Positions 45,397 to 56,004 of a DNA stretch of 64,000 nt are shown piece after piece. The DNA is from a virus. Its lineage: Duplodnaviria; Heunggongvirae; Uroviricota; Caudoviricetes. The notes under the pieces are model-generated. The model was given only the letters and a program-made list of their open reading frames with translations, ran no database searches and was not told the DNA's origin. The position numbers and the translations under genes were made by a program. Location: positions 6,630 through 70,629 of IMG/VR virus record IMGVR_UViG_3300013102_000004. One strand, written 5' to 3'. The first letter of the stretch is position 1, and every line of letters starts with the position of its first letter.

Positions 45397-48300
45397 AATT
45401 CGAAGCTCCTTCTAGGTACAATGAACCATCCTTTGTTGCATTAACCATTAGCTCCACCCGGCTTCCACGCTTGCAATACTTGCGTGCCATATCAAGTTGT
45501 CGATCAAAGATCAGGCAACTCTTCAACTTGTCCTTATGAGTAAAAGCTAACGTTCCTAGTTTCTTACCGTTCTTTGTGAGACGCTGCTTTGCACCTACAA
45601 CCCAATGACCCTCTGCCATTTCACCGCGTGCGTAACGCATGAGTGGATGATTGGTTCTGTAATCTGCTAAGTCTTCTGCGTCCATCAAACTGTTCTTGGC
45701 AATAAGCATAATATACTTATGTCCTTTTATCAAGCCATGATCCTTATCGGCAAAGAACGATGCTGAACCTGAGCTGTCAATGATACTGATTCTGATGTAA
45801 CGAGGATTCTCTTCAATCTTCTTTACGATGCAGACAACTAGCATGACTTCATCTTCATCATAATCAGCAACCTTCATAACACGAGACTGCATTTCCATAG
45901 TCAAGAACCCCGAATCGAACGTTGGGATTCCCAGGAACTCATAGAAGTTATCGGCAATCATCTTGTCGTCAACCTCTTTGTCATCGAACTTGTAAGCCCC
46001 AATGGCATCCAGTGATTTCAGGTGAGCTTTAGTAACGCCGTTCTTTGGTGTCTCCACCTTGGCCAACAAATCTTCATAACTCTCATACGGTCTCAGGGCC
46101 ATGATCTTCTCAGCAGACTTGGCCGCGATTCCCTTGATGTTAGACAGCCCCATGTAAATCTGATTGTTCTTGGTTGAGTACTCAATCTCGGAAAGATTGA
46201 TATCGGGACGATTCACATTGATGTTCAAACGTGAGCATTCCACAAGATAATCAGAAAGATGGTTGTCTTTCTTTGATGGGTCTTCATTGGCAAGCAATGC
46301 TGTCATGAACTCTGCTGGGTAGTAGAGCTTCAGATAGCCTGTAACGTAGCTCAGCTTAGAGTACGCCACCGCGTGACTGTTGTGAGTCAGGAATCCGTTA
46401 GCGTAGAAAGCATGTGGCTCATCATACAGTTCTAGATCATATGTCTGCTGAACGTCAGCGAACCTACGACCGTAAACGGTTTTCTTGCCTTCTGCTGTCC
46501 AGATAACGTCACTGTGATTGATATCGTACGCTTCCTTCCACCTATTGTTCAAACGGTGCTTATGGAAGTATGTAGATTCGATCCAGTGTTCAGAGTCCGT
46601 CCAAATGCGTACTGTGGCCTGCTCTCCGTTATCGTGAACCGTCTTGACCTTATGCCATGCGTCAGGACCAATTGAATTATCCTTGATCCACTCAGGACCA
46701 CGAACGTAGAACTCTTGCTCTGGGTATCTAGCCATAGCCTTGAACAATTTCTCCACGGTCATGTTGGCCTGAGTATCATTCAGGTTGACCGTGACAACAG
46801 TATCCTTGGCAAGACACTTGTTGAATGAGTATTCAGCGGTAAGCTCAATATCAGCCCACAGCTTATCAGCAACGGTTGAACTTACTTGCTTCAGTGCTCC
46901 CTTGAAGAACTTTTCCTTATAAGGTTGTAGCTCAGACTTAGACTTTTTCTTAGCTGTCAGCTTACGAATCTTATTCGCATCTGACTTAGACATACCGGCG
47001 ACTTCTGTACAAATCTGCATTGTCTGCTCCTGGTATAGGTAGAAACCGTAGGTCTCATCCAAGAACTCTTCAGACTGCTTCGTAGGATACGTGACTTTCT
47101 TGTATCCCTTTTTACGTGCAATGTACTCGTCACCGAACGCCTTCCAAGCACCCGGCCTAACCAGAGCGTTAGAAGCTACCAGATCATTGAAGTTGTCGAT
47201 ACCCATTTTCTTGATCACATCAGTTGATGCATCGGCAGAAGCCTGGAACACACCAAGAGTCTTTCCTTCAGCGATCATTGCGAACACCTTAGGGTCGTTC
47301 TCTTTAATCTTTTTGAAGTCGATCATGATGCCCCAGTTTTGACGAATGAACTGAATGCAGTCGGCAACGACAGAAAGCGTCTTCAAGCCCAGGAAGTCAT
47401 ACTTGACCAATCCCAACTCTGCTGCACCATCACCGTTCAGAGCGATAACAGACTGCCTAAAGTCTTCTCCCTCAACAGCTCTCGATTCAACACCAACCCA
47501 GTCAGTCAGAGGCTTCTCAGTGATAACCACACCACCGGCGTGCATACCGTACTGATTCAAACGACCTGTCAAACGAGTTGCGATCTTGTAGACTTCTGGA
47601 TTAGCTTCACGGAACTCTTTCAGAGAATCCTTGGTTAGATACTCCTGCATGTTCTTTTCGGCTGCATCGTCATCCACGAAATCAGACAGCTCTTTAACGA
47701 CCTTATTCGACTGCTTGTAGTCAATATTCAATACTCGACAAGCTGCCTTGATTGCTGACTTACCCTGGTACATACCATAGTTCGTAACAGAGGCAACGTG
47801 ATCCTTGCCGTACTTCTTTTCTAGATAACGCTTAACCTCACCACGACGCTTGTCCTGAATGTCGATATCAATATCAGGCATATCATCACGTTCTGGGTCA
47901 AGGAATCGCAAAAACAGAAGCTTATGCTCAATAGGATCAACTTCGGTGATTTCCATTGCATATGCTACAAGTGAACCTGCTGCTGAACCACGACCCGCGC
48001 CGACAGCGATCTTTTCATTACGGCAGAATCTCAGAGCATCAGCCAGAATGACAAAGTAGACTTCAATGTTTTTGTCTTCAATAACTCGCATTTCCTCTTC
48101 AAGACGTGCCATGTAGACAGGCTTATTATCCAGACCACGCTTGCGCATACCCTGAGTAATGATCTTACGGAAGATACCTCGAATATCCTTGTCCGGTGAA
48201 GGCAAGGTGTACTGATCTTTCTTGTACTCGTAAGGCTCAATCTTAGCTGCAACCTCAAGAGTATTCGAGAACACATCAGGACGATCAATGCCTGTACGCT

Positions 48301-49129
48301 TCAGAGCTTCGTAACGGTTGGCTGCTGACTCCAAGAACACGTCCATATCCGCAAAGCGCATCTTACGCTCGGGGTACAGGTAATCGAAACGCTCTAGCAA
48401 ATCAAGCTTATTTGCATAAGTCATATTTGCGTCTTTGTGAGCCTTTTCCTTGGTTCCGAGAATCAAGAATGCCTCTTCTAGCCAACGGTCGGCAGGATCG
48501 GCATAATGGCAGTCACCAGTCATGACAGTCTTTATATTATATTCATTTGCAAGAACCAGTAACGAGTTATTCAACTGTGGAGTGTTCGTGGTCTGAATTT
48601 CCATATAGAAGTCATCATCAAAACGGTCCTTGAACTTCCGAGTAAGATTCTCGGCCTCTTCGTGGTTCTCCGCTCGAATTGCAGACGCAATCAATCCACC
48701 CATGCAACCCGACAAAACAATTAGGTTATCTCCGTACTTGTCCAGCACTTCAAAGTCGATACGTGGCTTGTTGTAGAAACCTTCGGTGTATCCAATTTCA
48801 GAGAGCTTGTTGATATCTCTAATGCCCTGATCATTCTTAGCCAATAAGATAATGTGGTTGTACGTATCGGTACCATCGTCTCGCTTAGACTTTGCTCGCT
48901 TATCAAAACGATTCGTCTCTGAGATATATGCTTCAACACCAAGAATAGGTGTGATTCCTGCATCTGTGGTTGCCCGCTGAAAATGCCTGTGACCGGCTAC
49001 AGTTCCGTGATCTGTGATTGCAATTGTGTCAATCCCAATTTCCTTTGCTCGAACACAGTATTCTTCTGGTGAGCTAAGTCCATCAAGCGGACTGTAGTAT
49101 GTATGATTGTGTAACTCTACGTATTCCAT
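45383..49129 (-). CDS. dnaE: DNA polymerase III alpha subunit (DnaE-type replicative polymerase with N-terminal PHP domain)
   Basis: PHP block MEYVELHNHTYYSPLDG..ITDHG; GLVKYDFLGLKTLSV palm motif; 1248 aa. Confidence 0.85.
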   Translation of the reverse strand: MEYVELHNHTYYSPLDGLSSPEEYCVRAKEIGIDTIAITDHGTVAGHRHFQRATTDAGITPILGVEAYISETNRFDKRAKSKRDDGTDTYNHIILLAKNDQGIRDINKLSEIGYTEGFYNKPRIDFEVLDKYGDNLIVLSGCMGGLIASAIRAENHEEAENLTRKFKDRFDDDFYMEIQTTNTPQLNNSLLVLANEYNIKTVMTGDCHYADPADRWLEEAFLILGTKEKAHKDANMTYANKLDLLERFDYLYPERKMRFADMDVFLESAANRYEALKRTGIDRPDVFSNTLEVAAKIEPYEYKKDQYTLPSPDKDIRGIFRKIITQGMRKRGLDNKPVYMARLEEEMRVIEDKNIEVYFVILADALRFCRNEKIAVGAGRGSAAGSLVAYAMEITEVDPIEHKLLFLRFLDPERDDMPDIDIDIQDKRRGEVKRYLEKKYGKDHVASVTNYGMYQGKSAIKAACRVLNIDYKQSNKVVKELSDFVDDDAAEKNMQEYLTKDSLKEFREANPEVYKIATRLTGRLNQYGMHAGGVVITEKPLTDWVGVESRAVEGEDFRQSVIALNGDGAAELGLVKYDFLGLKTLSVVADCIQFIRQNWGIMIDFKKIKENDPKVFAMIAEGKTLGVFQASADASTDVIKKMGIDNFNDLVASNALVRPGAWKAFGDEYIARKKGYKKVTYPTKQSEEFLDETYGFYLYQEQTMQICTEVAGMSKSDANKIRKLTAKKKSKSELQPYKEKFFKGALKQVSSTVADKLWADIELTAEYSFNKCLAKDTVVTVNLNDTQANMTVEKLFKAMARYPEQEFYVRGPEWIKDNSIGPDAWHKVKTVHDNGEQATVRIWTDSEHWIESTYFHKHRLNNRWKEAYDINHSDVIWTAEGKKTVYGRRFADVQQTYDLELYDEPHAFYANGFLTHNSHAVAYSKLSYVTGYLKLYYPAEFMTALLANEDPSKKDNHLSDYLVECSRLNINVNRPDINLSEIEYSTKNNQIYMGLSNIKGIAAKSAEKIMALRPYESYEDLLAKVETPKNGVTKAHLKSLDAIGAYKFDDKEVDDKMIADNFYEFLGIPTFDSGFLTMEMQSRVMKVADYDEDEVMLVVCIVKKIEENPRYIRISIIDSSGSASFFADKDHGLIKGHKYIMLIAKNSLMDAEDLADYRTNHPLMRYARGEMAEGHWVVGAKQRLTKNGKKLGTLAFTHKDKLKSCLIFDRQLDMARKYCKRGSRVELMVNATKDGSLYLEGASNYVGE

Positions 49130-49228
49130 TTATCCCTTTGCTTTTGAGCCTGCTATGGCTATTCTCGGTTTAAGGTCCAACGGACCCGAAAAGGGTAGAG
49201 AATTTAATCTCTACCCTTTTCGATTAGG

Positions 49229-49978
49229 TCACCAGCCCCAGTCTTCTTCAGACTTTGGCTCCTGTGGTTGTCCATTAGGTGCGACTGAACGACCTGTTGA
49301 ATTTCCTGCACTACTTGTCGTTACTGAACTTCCCTGTGGGAGAACAGCATTGCGCATGTAGAACTCTTCCTGCTTTTCGTAAGGAACGTACTTCACAGCA
49401 TGTTCGTTCAAATCCCAAGGCTGAACGCCTGATACGTCCATCTCATCGCTGACTGCCTTGATTCTCCACTGAGTGGAAGTACCCTCACCGACACGCTTGA
49501 TTGCGTAAGTCTGTCCTGTGATACCAACGAATCCACCGTCTTCGTACTCTTCAATCAAATCGGCTACGAACTGATTAGAAAGATTACGCTGCACGATCTT
49601 TGGTACGATCACACCATCCTCTTCAACCGCGACATTGATATAGAAGAACTTACGTGGCTTCCATCCTGCCTTAGGGTCTTTGATGTGCTGTTCCTGTGCC
49701 CAGTCACGACCATCACGCTTGATGGTATCCAATGCACGACTCATGAAACCCTTTGGTCCCGGTGCCTGGTGTTCTACTGACTGTAAGAATAATCCGTAAT
49801 CTGGATTGTAACGCTGTGCGTCAGGATCAAGCTCATTCAAGAACTGAATCTTTACTGCTTCTCCTGATGCTGGTGGTGTCCACCATCCCGCCTTCGGCTT
49901 ATTACGATTGCGTTCCTGCTCGGCAATCTCTTCACGTGCGGCCTTTAGTGCTCCTAGAGCTGATAGTCCTTCTGACAT
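49229..49978 (-). CDS. hypothetical protein (possible ssDNA-binding protein)
   Basis: located between the polymerase and primase; acidic/aromatic C-terminus EEDWGW. Confidence 0.3.
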   Translation of the reverse strand: MSEGLSALGALKAAREEIAEQERNRNKPKAGWWTPPASGEAVKIQFLNELDPDAQRYNPDYGLFLQSVEHQAPGPKGFMSRALDTIKRDGRDWAQEQHIKDPKAGWKPRKFFYINVAVEEDGVIVPKIVQRNLSNQFVADLIEEYEDGGFVGITGQTYAIKRVGEGTSTQWRIKAVSDEMDVSGVQPWDLNEHAVKYVPYEKQEEFYMRNAVLPQGSSVTTSSAGNSTGRSVAPNGQPQEPKSEEDWGW

Positions 49979-50053
49979 TTGTTTTTGTTAATCTCCTTTG
50001 GTTTGTTTGCATCTTGTTACGATGACTAACTAAGTATATCATGTTAGTTGTTC

Positions 50054-51106
50054 TTACACAATAAACATTTCTCTATTCTTAATGCAGTGAACGATATCCT
50101 CTTCGGAGACTAACAGGTTTCCATCATCATCTTGATCAGAAACATCTTTCGCACCGTTCGGGAAAAGCTCTGTGGCAGAATACATTCCACGGAAAACTGC
50201 TAGTCCAGCTTTACGACTCTTGACAGCAATCTTCTCTGCAAATTTGATTCCAGCTTCATCATCATCAGTCATCAAGATAATTCCGTCAAAGTGACGATGT
50301 ATTTGACTGATGTGATAGTCAGAAAATGTGCCTCCCAGTGTAGCACATACGTTCGGGTATCCTGACTGATGCACTCTCATTGCATCGAAACTGGATTCAA
50401 CTAGGATCACATAATCAGAACCAGCTCTTTTGGCATTGTCGATATTGAACAAAGTCTTTTTAGTCGGGAGTCCAGTAGAGTTCTTGAACATCTTGTCTCC
50501 CGATATTGTTCTGCCGATAACACCGACAGGACGACCTTGATTGTCTATCATCGGAACCATCACCATGTTTCTGTATGGGTCATATCCGATATTAAAATGT
50601 TCCAGCGTGTCATCAGTGAATCCCCGCCAATGCATATATTCTTTAACCTGAGCTGATTTGGTATATGCGTTTTGCATCAGTTCTAGAGTCTTTGCCGGGA
50701 ACTCTGGCATATCCTCTGTCGATGCAGTGATATCTTTCATGACCTCTTCGTACGTTCTGGCTTCACCCTCATTTTCAAGAATGAACCTTCTCGCACGAAA
50801 CATTCCCCAACCTTGCGTACGTTCTACGAAATCAGTAAATTCACAACGTTCTCCACAGCTTGTATTAAAGCATAGGAAGAAACCAGTGTCTTTAGCTATT
50901 GATCCCGCCGCGCTTGCGTGATTGGCATGAAAGGGACACAAGATCATGCAATGGGTATCGTCTTCCCCCTTGACTTCAAAGCCCAACTTGTCCAGCATTG
51001 TTCTGACTTGTCCGTCAGACAATTGCTTTCTAACAGTTGTGAACTTTTCCGTCGTAGTAGACCAACGCTTCTCCATTTGCCCTTTCTTTCCCAACAAAGA
51101 TACCAT
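50054..51106 (-). CDS. DnaG-like DNA primase
   Basis: zinc-binding CPFH...C..SCGERC; TOPRIM block YVILVESSFDAMRV. Confidence 0.65.
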   Translation of the reverse strand: MVSLLGKKGQMEKRWSTTTEKFTTVRKQLSDGQVRTMLDKLGFEVKGEDDTHCMILCPFHANHASAAGSIAKDTGFFLCFNTSCGERCEFTDFVERTQGWGMFRARRFILENEGEARTYEEVMKDITASTEDMPEFPAKTLELMQNAYTKSAQVKEYMHWRGFTDDTLEHFNIGYDPYRNMVMVPMIDNQGRPVGVIGRTISGDKMFKNSTGLPTKKTLFNIDNAKRAGSDYVILVESSFDAMRVHQSGYPNVCATLGGTFSDYHISQIHRHFDGIILMTDDDEAGIKFAEKIAVKSRKAGLAVFRGMYSATELFPNGAKDVSDQDDDGNLLVSEEDIVHCIKNREMFIV

Positions 51107-51311
51107 AAATAGTCATCTTAAACAAGTAATGTTCTTTCTCAGGAGTCCAGTCCATTGACCAGTGTAAGCCACAGTCTAGATTCGGAATGTGACCTTCCAT
51201 TCTCATCTTATCTTCTAACATGATACGCACGGTATCTTTCAAAGTGAAAAGAGAAGGTTCACCTTCCGCTCTGGTTCCTTCTATGCTGAACTTTCTAATA
51301 CGTTCGTGCAT
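51030..51311 (-). CDS. hypothetical protein
   Basis: 93-aa ORF overlapping the primase 5' end. Confidence 0.3.
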   Translation of the reverse strand: MHERIRKFSIEGTRAEGEPSLFTLKDTVRIMLEDKMRMEGHIPNLDCGLHWSMDWTPEKEHYLFKMTIYGIFVGKERANGEALVYYDGKVHNC

Positions 51312-51314
51312 AGG

Positions 51315-52691
51315 TCATCCAATTGATTCCTGTTGAATAGAAGCAATCTGTGACAATTCCTCAGCCGCCTTCAGCCGCGCAATTTGCTCTTTAGCAGTTT
51401 CTTTCGTATCGAACATCTCTGCTAATGCTGCATCTTCCGCTTCTGCTAGGAAGTTCTGAGTCGCCTCTTCCATTGGTTCAATTGTGCCTATATCCAAGTC
51501 CATATAAACCCTGAAGCTGAACAGAGGTCCGTGCCTATTCTTACGGCAAACGATTTCTGTGGACTCAGCCTTGTGAGTAATTGGGTTCCTGTGAGTGTGA
51601 ACAGCAAAACAAAGGTTAGCGTCATATTCCATCTGACTTGACCAGGCTAGCTGTGCAATATCAGGTGGGTTAACACGGTCTTTCTTGTCCTTGCCGGTAA
51701 CAGCACAGATCATCAGAATGGGAACCTTGGTATTCATGGCTACAGCCTTGAACTCAGAACTTGCATTCTTTGCTCTCGCTGTATCCTGAATTGACATATT
51801 ACGGTCCCAGAACAACTGCATGTAGTCACAGACCACAAAGTCAGGCTTGAACTGCTCAATCTTCTGCTGAACCATTGCCGTAGTAAAGTCTCCACCTTCA
51901 GTACCAATGATATTGAACTGAGACTTACCGGACATATAATCTACTGCCCAACGTCGGAACTGCTCTGGATCAATATCTGCCTTGACCAATTCATCCATAG
52001 AGTAATGACTAATCAGGAAGTAGATACGGTCACGTAGCTCTTCCGGCGTCATTTCCAGGTTGATCATCAGAACATTGAATCCCTGTTCCCATGCGTTAAT
52101 TGCAAGCTTGATCGCAAACCAAGTCTTACCTAAACCAGAGTATCCCATTAATACAATGAAGTGACCTGGTGCCATTCCTGTTGGATAGTGGTCATCAATA
52201 TAATCAAAACCAGTACTGATACCCGGCTTTCCACCGTGTAATCTAGCCATTTCACGAACTTGATCGTAGTGAATTTCCGCTGCTGCTGTGTCACGTACGT
52301 CAACAGAACGTGCAATGCCTGTGCTGCGACTGATTTCAGACAAACGACTGTTCAATCTCTGAACGACTGCCGAAGCCTTCTGATCCTTATTCATAACCGT
52401 TTTGAGAGCTGCCTGCAACATCTCCTGGACGCTGAGTCCAACCTGATGTTCTCGTAAGGCTTCAACATAGTGCTTCGTTGCGCCCTCAATTTTATCCATA
52501 TACTGGAAGTCAGGAAATTCTTCCTTGACAATGCTGACTGGTGGCAGACTCTTGTTCGTCTCGTAATACTTTTGGATAAACCCGTATGTATCACCATATG
52601 CTGTCAACAGTGCTGGAAGGTTGTCTCCCATGACTGACGGCATATCATTATTCTTTAGTAGAGCGCTAAGCACTCTAATCTCATGATTCAA
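51315..52691 (-). CDS. DnaB-like replicative helicase
   Basis: GYSGLGKTWFAIKLAINA Walker A in a RecA-like C-terminal domain; N-terminal helical domain. Confidence 0.75.
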   Translation of the reverse strand: MNHEIRVLSALLKNNDMPSVMGDNLPALLTAYGDTYGFIQKYYETNKSLPPVSIVKEEFPDFQYMDKIEGATKHYVEALREHQVGLSVQEMLQAALKTVMNKDQKASAVVQRLNSRLSEISRSTGIARSVDVRDTAAAEIHYDQVREMARLHGGKPGISTGFDYIDDHYPTGMAPGHFIVLMGYSGLGKTWFAIKLAINAWEQGFNVLMINLEMTPEELRDRIYFLISHYSMDELVKADIDPEQFRRWAVDYMSGKSQFNIIGTEGGDFTTAMVQQKIEQFKPDFVVCDYMQLFWDRNMSIQDTARAKNASSEFKAVAMNTKVPILMICAVTGKDKKDRVNPPDIAQLAWSSQMEYDANLCFAVHTHRNPITHKAESTEIVCRKNRHGPLFSFRVYMDLDIGTIEPMEEATQNFLAEAEDAALAEMFDTKETAKEQIARLKAAEELSQIASIQQESIG

Positions 52692-53010
52692 GCTGTTCCT
52701 TTTCCTTTCTAAGACGTAGGGTTTCCTCTTGCAAATACATTCGTCTTAGACGATCTATCTTCACTCTATGCATAGTTTCTCGGTACTTGTCATATGTATA
52801 ACTAAAGTACTGAAGACTCTTATCGTCTGAGTAATACAGGAAGAACTTAATCAACTCGATAAGCTCATTCTCATCTTCCATCTGTTTTGCTATGGCGAGA
52901 ATATCCCATTTGAGCTGGGTAACGTTACCTGTTTCTCTGTGGCCATACTTCAGTTGCAACTCATGAAATAAGCTCATGTAAGCATCAACTTGTTTCAAAG
53001 TTACGTGCAT
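52681..53010 (-). CDS. hypothetical protein
   Basis: 109-aa ORF. Confidence 0.35.
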   Translation of the reverse strand: MHVTLKQVDAYMSLFHELQLKYGHRETGNVTQLKWDILAIAKQMEDENELIELIKFFLYYSDDKSLQYFSYTYDKYRETMHRVKIDRLRRMYLQEETLRLRKEKEQLES

Positions 53011-53246
53011 CAGTTAGGTTCCACTCCCATTTCCTTGAACTTTGCGGCAACCCATAGCGCCTCTTGGTTAATCAAGCGATCCAGTACTTCGGACTTGCGC
53101 TCGTCTGGCTTGACTACTTCATCCATAACGACTCCGATAGTAGTGCTACCGTAGTTTCCGTCACTGATCGTCCTCTTCAAGCTCACACTCACCTTTGGCA
53201 GGTCTGAATCCGAATTCTGATTGTTCTGTGAGGTCAATTGACTCAT
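53010..53246 (-). CDS. hypothetical protein
   Basis: 78-aa ORF. Confidence 0.3.
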   Translation of the reverse strand: MSQLTSQNNQNSDSDLPKVSVSLKRTISDGNYGSTTIGVVMDEVVKPDERKSEVLDRLINQEALWVAAKFKEMGVEPN

Positions 53247-53469
53247 CCTCTTCGTCTCCTAGTTCTTCTAAATGTAGAATGACAGATGTTAGTCTGTCGC
53301 TTGCCTTGAGTGATTCATTGAAGATATCAACAAGGCTGTCTTGATCTTTTTCTCTTACGGCCATAGCGGCTGCTGCATCCAGATAGGACATACTGTGAAC
53401 CAGTATGTCTGTAATATCCAGGTTTTCGTTTCCTTCAACTCGCTCGGAAAACGGAATGAAACGTTTCAT
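53161..53469 (-). CDS. hypothetical acidic protein
   Basis: 102-aa ORF. Confidence 0.3.
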   Translation of the reverse strand: MKRFIPFSERVEGNENLDITDILVHSMSYLDAAAAMAVREKDQDSLVDIFNESLKASDRLTSVILHLEELGDEEDESIDLTEQSEFGFRPAKGECELEEDDQ

Positions 53470-53475
53470 ATATAC

Positions 53476-53967
53476 CTATGCTTTATACACTTTGACTACT
53501 TCATCACCCTTTTTGCGGAACTCTCTATCGTCTCCGAGCTTCATGCGGTGAATTAATTCATCTTGATTAGCCATTGTGTCATTGTAAGGTTCTCCGAATC
53601 TATTCTTCGGAAGTTGGTCCCAGGCTGCCTGGCGTAATTCCAACATATCATCCTCATTGATAAAGCTAATCAAGGGTCTGTAGCTGTTATTACTTATATC
53701 ATACGACTTCTCCGGCCTTTTTACAAGTCCCTTATCTATAAGCTCTAAGATCACAGGCTTCTTAATATTAATGAGTTTAGCGGCCTGGTTGATAGTATAC
53801 GCCTTTTTGAAAGCTTGTCTAACTAACGGTCTGGGTAACCAGAGGCGTGTCTCATCCTGATAACACCAAGCTACCACACTGTTGTCCGATCTGACAACTT
53901 TGATGTATTTGTGTAACTTGTCGTTCAGAAAGAAATAGTTCGGTATCTGCATCTTGTCCTTTTCCAA
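53476..53967 (-). CDS. putative DNA-binding protein
   Basis: 163-aa basic ORF upstream of the replication module. Confidence 0.35.
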   Translation of the reverse strand: MEKDKMQIPNYFFLNDKLHKYIKVVRSDNSVVAWCYQDETRLWLPRPLVRQAFKKAYTINQAAKLINIKKPVILELIDKGLVKRPEKSYDISNNSYRPLISFINEDDMLELRQAAWDQLPKNRFGEPYNDTMANQDELIHRMKLGDDREFRKKGDEVVKVYKA

Positions 53968-54020
53968 CGAGTAAAGGGGCGACCGTAGTCACCCCTTTGT
54001 CTCACCCTTGCACTTATATG

Positions 54021-54329
54021 TTACGCTCTGTGGTCTCCACTAGGCGTAATTAGATTCCCTTCGAGAATCTTGTCTACTGAATCCGGCCATACCAGCTTGT
54101 AAATCGCTGTAGCCAAACCATAAACGATTAGAATAGTTCCCATCAAACCTGATGCTTCAAAGTTGTCAAAGCCACCATTTTCGATAACTGCTGCAACTAC
54201 ACCACCGACGATTGAAACTCCCAAAGCAATAAAGCTCTTTGTCTTTGTGGACATTTCAACAGTCTTGATCAAACTTGCCGCAACGATTACTAGAATCGCA
54301 GTAGCGAGAACGATAATTCCTGTTACCAT
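54021..54329 (-). CDS. small membrane protein (holin-like topology)
   Basis: three hydrophobic segments in 102 aa. Confidence 0.3.
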   Translation of the reverse strand: MVTGIIVLATAILVIVAASLIKTVEMSTKTKSFIALGVSIVGGVVAAVIENGGFDNFEASGLMGTILIVYGLATAIYKLVWPDSVDKILEGNLITPSGDHRA

Positions 54330-54360
54330 TTAGTACTCCCTTCAAAAAAGTATATAATAA

Positions 54361-55179
54361 TTATACCATGTTCAAGGTCGAACTTGTAGGCAGATAGAAC
54401 GCTCTACGCTTGCTGATTCCTAGTATGGGTTTGTTCTCTGCATTTATATTGTACAGCATACCAGTATAGTACTTGTTGAAGTACTTCTGATTTTTAGGTC
54501 TACTTCCCGGTATAGGCATAGACTCATAGCTGATCTTTAATCCATAGGTGAACTTGTCGTAGTTCGTGTGAGCTGCTGTGTACCCCGCCAACACAGTCAG
54601 TTTAGTTAATTCGTCAAGAAAGAACTTATCCTTTATCACATGACTTCTAGACTTCACCGAGACTCTGCCAAATGATCCTTCGCCCGGACTTACCGAACAC
54701 CAGAACTCTAGCATATCAATTAAGATCATTGCATCTATGCTGGTGCATCTTTGTGATATGTCCGCAAAGACTTCTCTATCATACGAATGCACCGCGCACA
54801 TTCTCGCAACATGTTCCAACTCTTGTGTTGAGCAATTCGTTCCGTTGTCATCTGGCCAACTTAGCACAGGTAAGTACTTTGACGCAAGCCAACTCTTATC
54901 TGGCGTTTTAGTTTTAATCTGATTGAAGCTAATCAAGGCTGTACCGTGCTTTTCGCTATGATACAACAATCTGGCGTCACTTGTCACATCGACATTGTGA
55001 GCACCCGAATCAATGCTCTGTACCTTGCCATACAGAAAGTCAGAAGTCAAACCAGTAATGGTGCTGACTCCCGGCTTCCTGTTCAGGTCAAGCGTATAGA
55101 CTTGATTCCCTACAGTCAAGTCTGCTGGGTTGACGAACCCTTTGCCACGAACGTAGACCTCACAGTCTCCGGTGATCAT
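54361..55179 (-). CDS. Hint-domain (intein-like) protein, possible homing endonuclease
   Basis: N-terminus after trimming MITGDCEVYVRGKGFVNPADLTVGNQVYTLD resembles an intein/Hint N-terminal splicing block. Confidence 0.35.
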   Translation of the reverse strand: MITGDCEVYVRGKGFVNPADLTVGNQVYTLDLNRKPGVSTITGLTSDFLYGKVQSIDSGAHNVDVTSDARLLYHSEKHGTALISFNQIKTKTPDKSWLASKYLPVLSWPDDNGTNCSTQELEHVARMCAVHSYDREVFADISQRCTSIDAMILIDMLEFWCSVSPGEGSFGRVSVKSRSHVIKDKFFLDELTKLTVLAGYTAAHTNYDKFTYGLKISYESMPIPGSRPKNQKYFNKYYTGMLYNINAENKPILGISKRRAFYLPTSSTLNMV

Positions 55180-55180
55180 T

Positions 55181-55990
55181 CTACGCTGCGAATTTCTTTC
55201 CGTGTACGTAGCATGTGTAGTCTTCAGAGATTTGAATAAACTGCATGTGTGGCCATTCACCGTTCTCGATGATTCCGACCATGAAACCTGGCTGCCAATT
55301 CTTTACATTCGTGTATGACATACCAGTTGATTTCACGTCAGTCATGTGACCAATTTCCCAGCCTCTCAGTGTCTCACCCTGCCCTTGATTTCGCAACTCG
55401 TAAGTCTTGAAGTGGCTTCCTGCTCTATGGCTGTGACCACGGATCATACTAACACCGAAGTTCTCAATATCCTTTCGGACTGATTCTCCCGCGTGTTGTG
55501 AAATAGCTACTCCGTGATGTACGTGAATATCTCCGTAACGATGCTTCGGCATATCACCATAATGAATATAGTTAATACCTAGGTCATCGAGCTTCCATAG
55601 AGATTGAGGTGTGATTGCTGCTGCCTCTTCCGGCATTTTCCGGTCAACATAATCGAACACACGAACACAGTGATTTCCCAAAGCGATAAACATATTGGCC
55701 TTAGGTCGCATCTTACGCGTCTGTGCGTAGAACTCTGCGACTGGTCGTTCCTGTTCGAAAATGAAAGGCTTGATATCTTCCGATACCGGCTTAGCAACCT
55801 GATTTAAGAATTCCTCTGATGTTCCTATGCTGTACTTACTGAAGCAATCCTGATCTGATGTATCTCCGAGATAGTCAATTACGTCAGGCTTGAACCAGCG
55901 CATAACCTGAAACCACAAGTCTATAAATCTAGGATCGTGATACGGGATATGCTGATCACTGCTGATCATCCATTTTAAATCGTTTGTCAT
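55181..55990 (-). CDS. metallophosphoesterase (Mre11/SbcD-like)
   Basis: DQHIPYHD, YLGDTSDQD, LGNHCVR, RGHSHRAGSH motifs; start trimmed to MTNDLKW. Confidence 0.55.
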   Translation of the reverse strand: MTNDLKWMISSDQHIPYHDPRFIDLWFQVMRWFKPDVIDYLGDTSDQDCFSKYSIGTSEEFLNQVAKPVSEDIKPFIFEQERPVAEFYAQTRKMRPKANMFIALGNHCVRVFDYVDRKMPEEAAAITPQSLWKLDDLGINYIHYGDMPKHRYGDIHVHHGVAISQHAGESVRKDIENFGVSMIRGHSHRAGSHFKTYELRNQGQGETLRGWEIGHMTDVKSTGMSYTNVKNWQPGFMVGIIENGEWPHMQFIQISEDYTCYVHGKKFAA

Positions 55991-56004
55991 GTAGAACTTT
56001 CTGT

